From the human T2T-CHM13v2.0 reference genome, Homo sapiens: 64,000 bases of DNA. The DNA lies in the NCBI RefSeq assembly GCF_009914755.1, contig NC_060940.1. One strand, given 5' to 3'. A program made the translations under genes and the position numbers. How positions within the stretch are numbered: the first letter of the stretch is position 1; each line of letters opens with the position of its first letter. The notes under the pieces were generated by a model. It ran no database searches, was not told the origin of the DNA, and worked only from the letters and a program-made list of their open reading frames with translations. This document shows, piece by piece, positions 1 to 13,440 of this stretch.

Positions 1-54
1 TTAGGTTTGAATCCCAGCTCCTGGAAGCCACACACACCCTGCAGGGCAGACACA

Positions 55-629
55 TTTGACGGCAATAATTGAACTTAGCTTACCCTGCGAACGACCCTAT
101 GGTCTAAGAAGAATGTGTATTCACAGTTCAGAGCTAAGGAATCCGGGAGTGGCCAACCTGGAGATTCACTCCTTATCTATGAAGGATGTCTGGGTCCCCT
201 GCCTATCCCTTGGAATGCAGGCTGTACAGGCAATTGAGGCCCTTGGTTTTGGGTTAAAGAGCCAAAACCCTTGGTTAAAGGGCCAAAAGGAAGTTGCTTA
301 GATAGAAGGTGCTAAGCGAAAATGCTATATAAACTGCATGCTTTTTATATAAACATGTTTTTTATATAAACAATCGAGGCCCTTTGTTTTGGGTTAAAGG
401 GCCAAAAGGAAGTTGCTAGGTGGAGGGTGCTAAGTGAAAATGCTACATAAACTGCATGCTTTTATATAAACAGTAGAGGTTCTCCTGTCCAGCCAGCTGC
501 CACTGGATTGTCCCTGTATGTAAGTTCCCTCAATAAACCCTGTGTCTCGTTCACTGTCTCTAGGTCTCTTTTTTGGCCTCCTGGACATGGTACTATTCCT
601 AAAGGAGTTAACAGTGGCCTGGCATGACA
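55..629 (+). mobile_element. Solo ERV LTR (MER54-like) with internal tandem duplication, inserted in a MIR
   Basis: TATA-like ctatataaa, AATAAA at 532-537, ends ...ggcatgaCA. MIR-like sequence on both sides. Confidence 0.6.
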
Positions 630-645
630 CGCCTTGGGCAAATGA

Positions 646-972
<327 letters not shown>

Positions 973-1087
973 TAAAGAGTGGGATAGTACTTGTGCCTAC
1001 CTCATGGTAATCAGAGAATTAAAAGATCAAAATTTGTGTAAAGGGCTGAAAACAGTGCCTGGTACACAGACCTCAAAAAGGGTTAAC

Positions 1088-1320
1088 TTTTTTTTTTTGA
1101 GATGGTATCTCATTCTGTCACCCAGGCTGGAGTGCAGTGGCACGATCTCAGCTCACTGCAACCTCCGCCTCCCAGGTTCAAGTGATTCTCCTAGCCTCAG
1201 CCTCCTGAGTAGTTGGGATTACAGGCACCTGCCACCATGCCCGGCTATTTTTTGTATTTTTAGTAGAGACGGAGTTTCGCCATGTTGGCCAGGCTGATCT
1301 CGAACTCCTGACCTCAGGTG
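1088..1320 (-). mobile_element. 5'-truncated Alu (S-like)
   Basis: Antisense Alu with TSD aaaaagggttaact on both sides. Confidence 0.9.
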
Positions 1321-2085
1321 AAAAAGGGTTAACTATTTTTACTTATGGGAACACCTAGCAAATTCCTCGAACTCCCTCAAGTGCCCCCAAGGAGCACCCG
1401 TTCCAATAGGCATCCTCCTCTGTGAGGCTCACTCCCCACCTGGCATGCCTTGCCATCAGTGCTGGAGAAAGATTGTGGATAAATACCACAAAGTGGTTAG
1501 GAGTGGCCACTTTGGGTTCACTGCTGGACTTGTGGGTTCAAATGTCAGTGCCCTGGGCTACCAGCTGTCAGGCCTTCATAGAGGCTTTACCTGTCTGGGC
1601 TGCAGTCCCTCATAAATTGGAGATAATCATAGCACCTCCCTCAGGAAGCAGAGTGAATAAGGCAACAAAAACAATTACTGAGTGCCTACTCTGGCTGGAC
1701 AGGTGCTACCTAATAGGAGTGATCAAGGTACTGCAGGTTGAAATGAAATAACGCTTGTGAAGTGTTGAGGCGTGTATGCCTGCAGAATCATAAGCACTCA
1801 ATATGCGTTACGTGCTATATGCTACAAACTAAATATATCATACTAAAAAATGTATAGGTCTGCTAGATTTTTAGACAAAAAATATATGCATCTGAATATC
1901 CATCTTTTGTTACTCCCATATTCATTTTCTCATTTATTCCCACAAATCAGCCCTGGAGGATAGGCAGGGTGGAGATTTTCTCCTGTTTTTACTGAGGAAA
2001 AAGAGGCACTGGGAGGTTAAAATTAAAATGCTGATAAGCTGGTGTCCGGCAACAGGAGATGACTGGGCATATTAAAAAGAAAACC

Positions 2086-2438
2086 GGCCCGGCGCAGTGG
2101 CTCACGCCCCTAATCCCAGCACTTTGGGAGGCCGAGGCAGGCAGATCACTTGAGGCCAGGAGTTCGAGACCAGCCTGGCCCACATGGTGAAACCCTTTCT
2201 CTACCAAAAATACAAAAATTAGTGGGCGTGGTGGCATGTGCCTGTAGTCCCAGCTACTCGGGAGGCTGAGACACGAGAATCCCTTGAACCTGGGAGGCGG
2301 AGGTTTCAGTGAGCCAAGATTACCCCAGTGCACTCCAGCCTGGGTGACAGAGTGACACCCTGTGTCAAAAATAAAATAAAATAAAATAAAATAAAATAAA
2401 ATAAAATAAAATAAAATAAAATAAAATAAAATAAAATA
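2086..2438 (+). mobile_element. Alu (S-like) with tail expanded to (AAAAT)n, ~2367-2438
   Basis: Starts ggccc-ggcgcagtggctcacgcc; ~14 pentamer units. Confidence 0.92.
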
Positions 2439-3467
2439 AGAAATCCAGCGGAGGGCAATGTTCCACCTCGAATCTCTGAGTGGAGAGCCAGAGGCCTTGG
2501 GCTGGGAGGTTTGATGGAGGCCTCTGGGTCCAGGGCGCCCCAGCCACGAGGACAGGCAGGAGGGCGGCGGTGGACACGCCCCGGGGCGCACGCTCGCTGG
2601 CGGCCGCCTGCCCGTGGGCAGAGGAGCGCACGAGGCCGGGCACGACGCTGGGTGGCGCTGCCGGGCCGCCCCGCGGTAGACCTGTTGCGTCCAGGGCGCA
2701 ACTCCGGCAGGTTTAGGGTAAAGGGGCGCTCCGCTCTCTCCGCGCGCCCCCTGCAGCCCTGGACGCAGCACCTCCGTTTGGGACGCCCTACGCCCACCTT
2801 AACTTGAGGCTCCCATCCACGCAGCCTCTGCAAGCCTCACCGCAACCGTGCTAGGCGCGTCGGGTGGGGCGGGAATAAAGTTTTTCCAACCCAGTTTGGG
2901 GAGAGGGCTGGATGGGAAGGACCCTCCCTGCTGCAGACTTCATGGCAGGCTGCACTGTGTCCCCTCGGCTCCACGGCTGCCCCGGGGGCGCTGCTTTCGG
3001 TAGGTGCCAGCCCCCGTGCCAGCAGGATGGGCTGACCTGTGTACCGCCCCCTCCCACCCCCTTCCCCATTCCCATCCCCTCCCCCGCCTCCTGCGCGCTC
3101 CGGCCCCGGCGTCTCCGGCCCCGCCTGCGCTGGGGTCGCTGCAGTCCCCGCAGCTGCCCCGGGCTGCTTGCCCAGGCGCCCCGGCCTTATTCCAGCCTGG
3201 GGAGCGCCTCGGTGGGGAGCACGGGACAGCGAGGGAGGCCGAGGCGGGGGCCCTGGGCGCCCGATATCTCCGAACCGGGGAGGCGGCCCCGATTCCGAGA
3301 GCCGGAACGCAGGGAAAGGCAAGGACGGGGCGGCCGGCGGAGGGGCGGGCGCCGCTCATCAGCCACGCCAGTCACGTCTGGGGCCACCGGCTGCCTTTTT
3401 CTTCCTTTCCCCCTTTGCTTTCTTCCCCCTCCGCTGTTGGCGAGGGCAAAGTGGCCGTGGCGGCGCC

Positions 3468-3485
3468 ATGCCCGGGCCGGAGTGA
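3468..3485 (+). other. uORF MPGPE* in the SYT17 5' UTR
   Basis: gcgccATG CCC GGG CCG GAG TGA; stop lies 16 nt before the main ATG. Confidence 0.6.
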
Positions 3486-3501
3486 GTGCGCGCGGGCGAA
3501 A

Positions 3502-3516
3502 ATGGCGTACATCCAG
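3502..3516 (+). CDS. SYT17: SYT17 coding exon 1 (MAYIQ)
   Basis: gaaaATGG strong Kozak context. ATG GCG TAC ATC CAG is followed by donor gtaggg at 3517, phase 0. Matches the SYT17 N-terminus as I recall it. Confidence 0.93.
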
Positions 3517-4940
3517 GTAGGGCTGAGGCTGGGGGCAAGGTCCGGGGTGCGGGTAGGGGGTGCCGCGCCCCCTCCGGCTGGGAGCGCGCGGAAGGGAGGG
3601 CCCACGGCTAGGCTCCCACAAACTTGCTTCGAGAAAAAGGGTGCCCGTGCGCGGGCAACCTGTGCAGCAACAGGGGTGCGCCCCGGGAGGAGAGACTGGG
3701 GACCCCCAAACCCCGGGATGGAGGGTCCTATGTGTACTCTGCAACGCGCGCCCTTGCCTCTTGGGGAGGGAATGGGGGGTGGGGCGGACTTTTCTTCTCC
3801 CCTGCCCCCTCCCTCTCCTTGGCACCCCACCCCAGGGGAGGGGCCGTGGGGAGGGCGGCCCGGGGCGCGCCAGCCACCCGGCCCGCCAGCTGCCGTTGCC
3901 GTGGTGACGGCTCCGGCTAATTGGCCGGCGGAGCGAGCCTGAGGCAGCTGTTCCGACCAGGAGGGACAAGGACGTCGTCTCTCCTGGGCACTGGGTGCTG
4001 AGGGGTGGGGGACACCCAGAGGCCAGAGGCGCGCTGGTGAAGAGAAGGGAGCCTGTTACTTTACTCCGCTGCATTGGGGTCTGGGAGATGTGGACCCTCT
4101 TCACCTTGAAGAAACGTCCCCCAAGAATCCTTGGGCTGAAATAATTCTGAAATAATTTCTAAGCAGCCTTTTTTGGGGGGAGGGGGCGGAGGGGTGGGCC
4201 GGGCTTCTTGGTGAAAAGACCTTTCTCCTCTGCAAGAAGGGAAGTGACCGCAGGTCAGCGCCAAGGTCAAGCAGGCAGACCCGCAGTGAGACCCGTTGAG
4301 CTGCTTGCTTCTGGCGCTGGCGCCTCTGAGCTGGGCAGAGAAGCTTACAGACTCCCACGTCCAGGGTGCATCTTGGCTCACATCTTGTCCCCTCAGCCAC
4401 AGCTGGGGGTGCTGCTGGTCCTCCCATTCCCCTCTGGGTCACATATCCCCTCATCGTGTCCTCAGACGCTTCAGCCTGCCGGGAACTCTGTGCTGTGTCA
4501 CCTGGCGGAGCCTCTTCCATTCATCTCCTGCCTTAGATTCCCTGAATTGGCTTCCCTTTCGTGGAATCGCCAGTTTCTCTTCAAGTTCAATGAAGGTCAC
4601 ATTACTGTCCACCCACTGTGTGCTGAATGTTGTCCAGGGGCTATTGAGTAGTCGCCCAACAAACACTTGGGCGACCGCCTACTAAGTGCTGGCACTGGGG
4701 ATACAGTGATGAAAACAGCACAGTTCCTGCCCCTCTGGGTGCGCAATTTAGTGAGAAATGAACATGATTACCGGCTCCTGGAGTTCTTAATGGCCGCCTT
4801 CAGCACAGAGAAATTAAGTGACTTGCCCAAGGCCACATAGCTGCTTAGGGGTCAAGGTGGGATCTCAAGAGGGGACTGTGGTAGATATGTTAAGCATCTC
4901 ATATGGCGATGACCCAGTGATGTTGGTTTTCCTTCTAGAA

Positions 4941-5274
4941 CAAGGTGTTAAACTTTGTTGTCCTGTAAAGTGCCAGATACTATTTTTTTTCTCTTGGAGG
5001 CTCACATGGTCTCTGTCACAACTATTCCACTCTGACTATAGCACCAAAACTGCTATGGACAGTAGTAAATGAGTGGGTGTGGCTGTGTTCCAATAAAACT
5101 TTATTTGCAGGCACCAAAATTTGAATTTTGTATACTTTGCACGAGTCAAGAGGCATTCATCTTTTTTTTTTTTCAACCTTTTAAAAACTCACAAATTATT
5201 CTTAGCTCAAGGGCTGTAGCAAAACAGGCTGCGGGGCTGGTTTTGATCTGCGAGCCTTAGTTTGCCAACCTCTG
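4941..5274. mobile_element. MER58B-like hAT-Charlie DNA transposon
   Basis: ggctgtgttccaataaaactttattt core; end agtttgccaacctctg. Confidence 0.7.
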
Positions 5275-5963
5275 TTTAGAATGCATGGGTTGTCTTTCTT
5301 CCTCTTTCTTTCTGGTGTGAATTGGTTCTCTTCCATCGGTGTCAAACACGTGAGCCCAGGAGACCCAATGCCAGAAAGACTCAGCATGCCTGGGAACGTC
5401 AGGGCACCCTCTTTCATCTTCTTTGCTTTCTCTCTGCTCCTTGACACTCATCTTGCACCTGGGCTTTGAGAAAGTTGGGGAGGCTGTTTTTCAGCAGGGC
5501 CATGAGGTGACCTTGTCTCTGTTCACTTTGGTTTCATAAATGGCCTCTTTTGACCACCACATGTCTAGGAAATGCTTCCCTGTATTCAGAAAATGGTCAT
5601 AGATTATTATGAAAAAGTATCACTTTATCCTAACATTCTAAAGCACTTTTTCATGCAAGCCCTATGAGGGTATAATATTTTGCTGTTTTGTGCCCTGCTG
5701 TACCTGCCGGGACAATACCCAGTGCCTACTGGGTTCCACTAGGTCTTGACAATCACCTAATTCTCATCACAGAAAGGGTGCATTTTATTTTTCAGCTGGA
5801 CCGCACGCAAGTATTTGCATAGTCAGTGTCCTGTCCCACCTCAACAGCACGCCTTTGAGGTATAGAGTAGCCTTTCCACTAAAGAAGAGGTAACCGAGGC
5901 TCAGAGAGGCCCCCTGTCTTGCCCAAGTCACATGATCAGTCGATGGTGAGACTAGGACTCTAG

Positions 5964-6492
<529 letters not shown>

Positions 6493-7463
6493 TAACTTAA
6501 TTTTTTTTCTATAAATGGGCTCATTTTTATTTTTACTTTAAAAAAATCATATGAAAAGGAAACATTATGTCACTAATATCATAGGAAACCAAGATCATGT
6601 GACATCGCAGAAGGCAACTAGAAGAATAAACCCAATGGGAATAATGCCACATTACTGAATTCTAGGTGGACGTGGCTGTCTCCAAGCCTCTGGACAAGAT
6701 CTACTTTCTTTGTTTAAAAGAAAGGGGATGGGGGAGGGTGGAAATTGGTAAGTGGTAAAAGATGTTAACATGTAGTGGTACCAAATTGAGACTTTCTCCT
6801 CCTTAAAGGAGAATCGGAAAAAAGATAATAACTTTCTCCCTCTTGATTCAAAGTTCTGAGTTTGAGTCCCACCTCAGTTCACCTCTGGGACATGCCCGAG
6901 GTTGGGATGCAGTACTTCTAACCTATCTAGCCTACTTGGCCCATTTGGAAAACCACCTTAAAGAGAAGGAGGGAGTCTGTGCCTTGAGAACCCAGGAGAC
7001 GAAGATGGGGAGGCGGGGTGGGGCCACAACAGGAAGGGAGGACCTCCTTCCTCAAGAGGACCAGATTAGGGCTTCCTTTTTAGTTCCCTCTATTTGTGGG
7101 TGGTGATAGGAAACACCCCACCATCACCATTGGAGCAGAATTGGAAGGTAGGGCCTCCGGGAGGGCGGGGGAGCCAAGTAACATCCACTGTGTGCCTGCC
7201 TGCATGTTAGCTAATCATGTCCTTTTGGGTTGGCTACATGGCTATTTCTGTATAGGAAGGTTTGCTCTTCTCCTGAAGTGTGGCTGCATTGGATAGCATG
7301 ACTATCTATCCGCCCGCTCTGATTCATAACAGCATACGGTGCAAATCAAATCGAAATGCTAAAGTTTCCCATTTATTTGGTGTTGGTTAACCAGGAGGCT
7401 ACCAGCAGCCCTGAAAATAGCAACACCTTGTTAGGATGTTAGGAAGTCAGCTCCCTTCCCAGG

Positions 7464-7466
7464 ATG
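7464..7466 (+). CDS. SYT17: Candidate alternative start: ATG immediately followed by a donor, giving M-LEPLNE... when spliced to exon 2
   Basis: cccaggATG|gtaagt is a consensus donor. Phase 0 matches exon 2; predicted intron 7467-7611 (145 nt). Confidence 0.65.
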
Positions 7467-7611
7467 GTAAGTGGAAATATGCAGGGCTTTTTTTTTTTTT
7501 TGTAAAATTTTTTTGAGTTGCTGGAATATTGCTAAACTGGTCTTGTCTCTCTTTCTTTAACCCCTTCGTTCCCTTACGCCCTTGGCTTCATCGTGGATCT
7601 TAAAAGGGCAG

Positions 7612-7629
7612 TTGGAACCATTAAACGAG
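7612..7629 (+). CDS. SYT17: SYT17 exon 2, 18-nt microexon (LEPLNE)
   Basis: gggcag|TTG GAA CCA TTA AAC GAG|gtgggt. Phase 0/0; joins MAYIQ to GFLSRI. Confidence 0.9.
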
Positions 7630-8281
7630 GTGGGTTCATTTGATGATTTGTTTGGTCTGGTTTCTAATCAAGAAATGCCTGACTTTCATTTTGGAGTCTT
7701 ATGTGGGGCTGTGGGGATATTGAATATTCAACAATAACCTGGTGTTAATAACGGCACAGTTTCCATTCCTTTCTACCGAAAGGAGATCCCGGTTTTGAAA
7801 AGACACCAGTTGACAAGACAAGTTTCCCTCTCCACCCCTACTTATTCCGTTTGATTATCTCTGTCTGTTTCATGTCACCGAGATTTTTTAAAAATATTTT
7901 TTCCCCTGCTTTCAAGAAGACACAGTAATATTCATTGTGTTTCGAACATATCGTATAGCCCTTATGATGTTGTATAAACCACCCACATGTCAAGAAAGAC
8001 GTTCACATAAACTACAAAAGAAAATACCTGCAAATGTTTTGCTTGCTACTAACGGCTCCAGCGAGTTGATGTTTGCTATCTTTGTGCCTGCAGTCGGTAA
8101 ATAGAAATGGAAAACATTTTGTTCTAAGTGCTGAGCAGCAGAGCCAGAACTCCTGAATGTCTATTTCTCATCCGAGATCGGCTGCTTGTAATTTTGGGTG
8201 TTGTTTCTCCTCTTCCTCTTCCCCACCCTGCCCACCTCCCCTCTCCCCCATCCCCCCGCCCACCTCCCCCAATGGCCTCAG

Positions 8282-8430
8282 GGTTTTCTTTCTAGAATCT
8301 CTGGTCTGCTGCTGTGCAGATGGACCTGCCGGCACTGCTGTCAGAAGTGCTACGAGTCCAGCTGTTGCCAGTCAAGTGAGGATGAAGTTGAAATTCTGGG
8401 ACCTTTCCCTGCTCAGACCCCTCCCTGGCT
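8282..8430 (+). CDS. SYT17: SYT17 exon 3, cysteine cluster (GFLSRISGLLLCRWTCRHCCQKCYESSCC...PPW-L)
   Basis: cctcag|GGT TTT ... TGG CT|gtaagt. 149 nt, 7 Cys, lies within ORF 8198-8434. Confidence 0.95.
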
Positions 8431-9686
8431 GTAAGTAAAACTGCTCTGAACTTCTCTGAAATCAATTTCAAGACTTTTCCTTTTTAATGAGAAGGCGGGT
8501 TGGGGGTCTGGGCCACGGGAGGGAGGATTTGGGGGCATGAAAGAGAAGCAGGCTGAGTTTCCAGGGACAACTTTGCTGCAGACTGGGGATATGTTCTGTA
8601 CCCCTCATTTTGTTCGGCAAGCTGGCGAGACCAGCTGGTGGTGTGGTTTTAGTTCACCTAGTGGCACATCGGGCCTTCTGAGATACGAACCGTGTAATGC
8701 TAAGCGTGTGGGCGTTTTTAGTCACGTGGAGCGTGGTTCCGAGCAGAAAAGGAGATCTGTGAGCCGAGCCTCTATATTCTTCAGGGGCTGACCGCATTCT
8801 GAGGGTTTCCATCCAAGTCAGCGTGACAAGATTCCCTAGCACTTAGCCCAGGGCCTGCACATAGTAAAAGCTCGATAAATATCCATTGCATGGATGGGTA
8901 GGCGGAATGAACAAACAAGTGCCTTTTTGCTGCTCCGAACAAGAACTTCAGAAACAGGGAAGCAGAAAAGCACCTCCAGGCTCCATCCTGTCCTCCAACG
9001 CTGTTTATGTTCTCTCTGGCATCTTTCGTTTTATTTCTAATTTGCTCTCCTCCCGCGCCTGCATACAACATCTCCATCTGCCAGTCGCTCAGATATTTTG
9101 GGAACGCAGTTTTGAAGCTTCTCAGCCACGTGCCTGGTCCACCTCTCCGTGACTGAGAGAGGGACGTGGTCAGAGAGCCTGGGTACAGTCAAGAAGGTCG
9201 GGGCTGGGAAGGATCAAGAAGTCATCAAGTGAGCTTGTCATGCTTCGGAGGGGCAGGCCCAGAGAGGGAGACAGACAGCGGCCAGGACCCACAGCTGGAG
9301 CCTGGCAGAGTGGAAGGAGGCAGCGCTGTTTCAGCTCAGTCCTTGGCCCGAGATTCCAAAAGTCTCTGGTGTCCCATCTTTCCCTCCAAGCTGGGGGCTC
9401 ATGCCTCAGGCCTCTCATTTTCTCTTCTTAGAAGCAAGTATCAAATATTTCCATAGCAAAATGGTTCTGTATCCAGGCTCTGTGGTCTCAACTACTATTT
9501 CGAGTTCTGTGACCTTGGGCAAGTGGTTTGATCTCTGTGTGCCTTGATTTCCCATCTGTGAAATGGGATGATAAAAAGAATAGTATTTCTCTCAGAGTTG
9601 TCGAAGGGAGTCAATGAATTTGGAATGTGGAAAAGTAGTTAGGAATGCTTGATACTTTGTTGGTGATCATACATGTAAGTAACTCT

Positions 9687-10520
<834 letters not shown>

Positions 10521-11276
10521 GGGATTCTACTGGTCTATGTAGCAGAAGTTAGTTCAGTCCATCTGATGTCCTTAAAGCTATGCTCACAAGAATGCTATCT
10601 CCATGTGGGCAGGGAGTTTTGCCTGCCTTGTTCACTCAGAAAAAGTTGTTGACTGACAGACTATCCTGCAGGCAGAACTTGCATCCTGAAAGTGCCAATC
10701 ATCAGCTGAAAAGTTAATCTCAGTTCCTTTTGTAGTTATTTCTTAAGTACAGTGTGCCAGGCGCTGTGGTATACACAGGGCTAGATAGGGTCCTGTGACC
10801 ATGCTCAGGGAATTTTCAGTCTCACGTAGGAGGTAAGGCAGGTATGTAAGTCAGGTTGCCCCCTAGAGTTGTGCATTTACACCCTGCATTCCATATATGA
10901 CAGTCCTGCATAAGACCTTGTTATGAAAGAATCAGGAATGATGGCTTCAGGCATAGCTGGATCCAGGAGCAGAAATCATGTCATCAGAGCCTTTCTCTCT
11001 CTCTCTTTCTTTCTCTGTTTCTTCTGTATTGGCCTCATTGTTAAGCTTGTTTTCTCCATGTGGCAGCACTAGACTTGCATTCTGTTGCGGTTGCATAAAA
11101 AACGAACAAACAAACAAAACAAAACCAGGAAAGACTCTTATTAGCCTGGCTCGGGTTATGTACCAATCACTTTCACTTGGAGGAAATGGTGCTAGAATCA
11201 TGCCAGTTACCTGCCCACCCAGGAAACCAGGGAAATGGTCATTTCCACCAGAAACACAGGAACTGAACTATTAGAC

Positions 11277-11479
11277 CAGGGGTTGGCAAACTTTTAAAGG
11301 ACCAAATAATAAATATATTAGCCTCATGGGCCATATGGTCTCTGTTGCAGCTACTTATTTCTACCATTGTTATGCAGAAGCAGCTGTAGACAGTAAATGA
11401 ACGGGCACGTCTGTGTTTCATTAACACTTCATTTACAAAATCAGGCAGTGAATTTGGCTTTGTAGTTTGCAGACCCCTG
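11277..11479. mobile_element. MER58A DNA transposon
   Basis: TIRs caggggttggcaaact / agtttgcagacccctg; 8-bp TSD tattagac/taatagac. Confidence 0.85.
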
Positions 11480-12872
11480 TAATAGACAATTGGGGTATTG
11501 TGACTAGAGAGGAAATTGACTAGAGAGGTGGGCAGACATCACCCCTTGTAGAGATAGGCGTCTCATTGTGTTGCCCAGGCTGGTCTTAAACTCCTGACCT
11601 CAAGCAGTCCTCCCACCTCAGCCTCCCAAAGCACTGGGATTACAGGTGAGAGCCGCGGCAACCGGCTGTGAATTATCGCTTGATTAATGAGTTGCTTTCA
11701 CCAAAAATCTCAACTCCACACACACCTGTAGGATTCAGGCCACAACTACATCTAGGAAGAGCTGGGGGAGCCTGCAAGCTTAGGTTGAGTTGGGTCTTGA
11801 ATGCCAGAGTAAGGAATCTGGATTTTCTTCGATACCAGCGGAGACCCCTCACAGGTGTTGAGTATCACAGCCAGGTACCTGTTTGCCCCCTAGATATCCA
11901 AATGTTGAGTGTTACAGATGCACAGCCTAGGTTCTCATGCTGAGCTGGAGGACAGTTGCGTTTTGCCTTGACTGCTGCTAACCCTTTGTGTAAGCAGGGG
12001 CAAGGGGGCTGGGACCCTCTGGGAAGATACTTCTTTTGGTTTTGCCACTAGTAGAGAAGTGGACTGGAACTTTCCCAGCAGGGCCAATACACCACAAAAT
12101 TCCAGGTGGCGCCATTCACATGGTGGCCATTATGAATGGCACCACCTAGGGTTGTGCAGTCTACAGACTGAACAGCTGTGCGTGACCTTTGTGCTTCCCA
12201 GGATGAATGAGGTCTCTTCTGAACACTGGGCAGTGCTTAATACAGTTTTGACACTCAGCATAATGCAAAACGGTAAGAGAAATCTGTAAAGGGAAGATGG
12301 CTAAATCATTCAGAAAGTAAATTTACAGCTTTGTGTTTTCCCCAGATTTATTTACCAAGTGGGCAGCTGCATGTTATCAAACAGACAGGAAGTAGAAATG
12401 TCAAGTGTATGGGCTTTGCAGTGCTGTTCCTACTGCGACATTTGAGCCAAGAACCATGGGACTTGCCTCTGTGGACTGGCATGTGGCAGATGAGCTGGCC
12501 CTTTGTGTGTGCTCTGCGTGTGATCTTGGGGATACATTAATTGTCACATATGCTCATGTCCTGTGGGCCCCCAACTTTTCTTGGCTGGGCTGGGCTGGTG
12601 AAGATTAGGAAAACTGCACAATCTGACTGGTGCTTTTTGAAGCAATGCCAGAAAGACCCTCATTGAAGAGTGAATTAAAGTCAAGTTGGTTGATTGTTTG
12701 TCGAACAAGCACATATTGAATGCCTACAATGTGCAGAGCTCTTACAGCCCTCTCAGAGATGCCCCACTTGGCGATTGGGAGTGTGTGCCATTTAGAGTTT
12801 AGCATTACTGGCTTAGCTGGGGTTCTGCCTTCTAACAGTGGTGCAAATTAGTTATTCATCCTTCTCCCAACC

Positions 12873-13440
12873 TGTATTAGTTTGTTTTCTGTTGTGATAA
12901 AGGGATACCCAAGACTGGGTAAGGTTCAAGTGATTCTCCTTTTTTTTTTTTTGAGACGGAGTCTAGCTCTGTCGCCCAGGCTGGAGTGCAGTGGTGCAAT
13001 CTCGCTCACTGCAAGCTCTGCCTCCCGGGTTCATGCCATTCTCTTGCCTCAGCCTCCCGAGTAGCTGGGACTACAGGCGTCCGCCACCACGCCCGGCTAA
13101 TTTTTTGTATTTTTTTTAGTAGAGATGGGGTTTCACCGTGTTAGCTAGGATGGTCTCGATGTCCTGACCTCGTGATCCACCCGCCTCAGCCTCCCAAAAT
13201 GCTGGGATTACAGACGTGAGCCACCGTGCCCGCCCAGTTTCAAGTGATTCTCATGCCTCAGCCTCCCAAGTAGCTGGGACTGCAAGTGCATGCCACCACG
13301 TCAGGTTAATTTTTGTACTTTTAATAGAGATGGGGTTTCGCCATGTCGGCCGGGTTGGTCTCGAACCCCTGACCTCAAGTGATCCACCCACCTCAGCCTC
13401 CCAAAGTCCTGGGATTACAGGCATGAGCCACCATGCCTAG
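12873..13440 (-). mobile_element. MaLR (THE1/MST) stub + old Alu interrupted by an AluY-like element
   Basis: tgtattag...agactgggtaa stub; TSD ttcaagtgattctc at 12925-12938 and 13239-13252. Confidence 0.8.

Larger units (their letters stand above)
2530..3990. promoter_or_regulatory. CpG island / SYT17 promoter and 5' UTR
   Basis: Very GC-rich with dense CpG and GC boxes (ggggcggg at ~2865 and ~3342). Spans the ATG and first donor. Confidence 0.9.

Noticed and set aside
1989-4104. Many long overlapping ORFs (200-312 aa) on both strands
   Set aside because: Stop-poor CpG island plus Alu/(AAAAT)n sequence; low-complexity Pro/Gly/Arg/Ala or FYFIL repeats with no recognisable domain.
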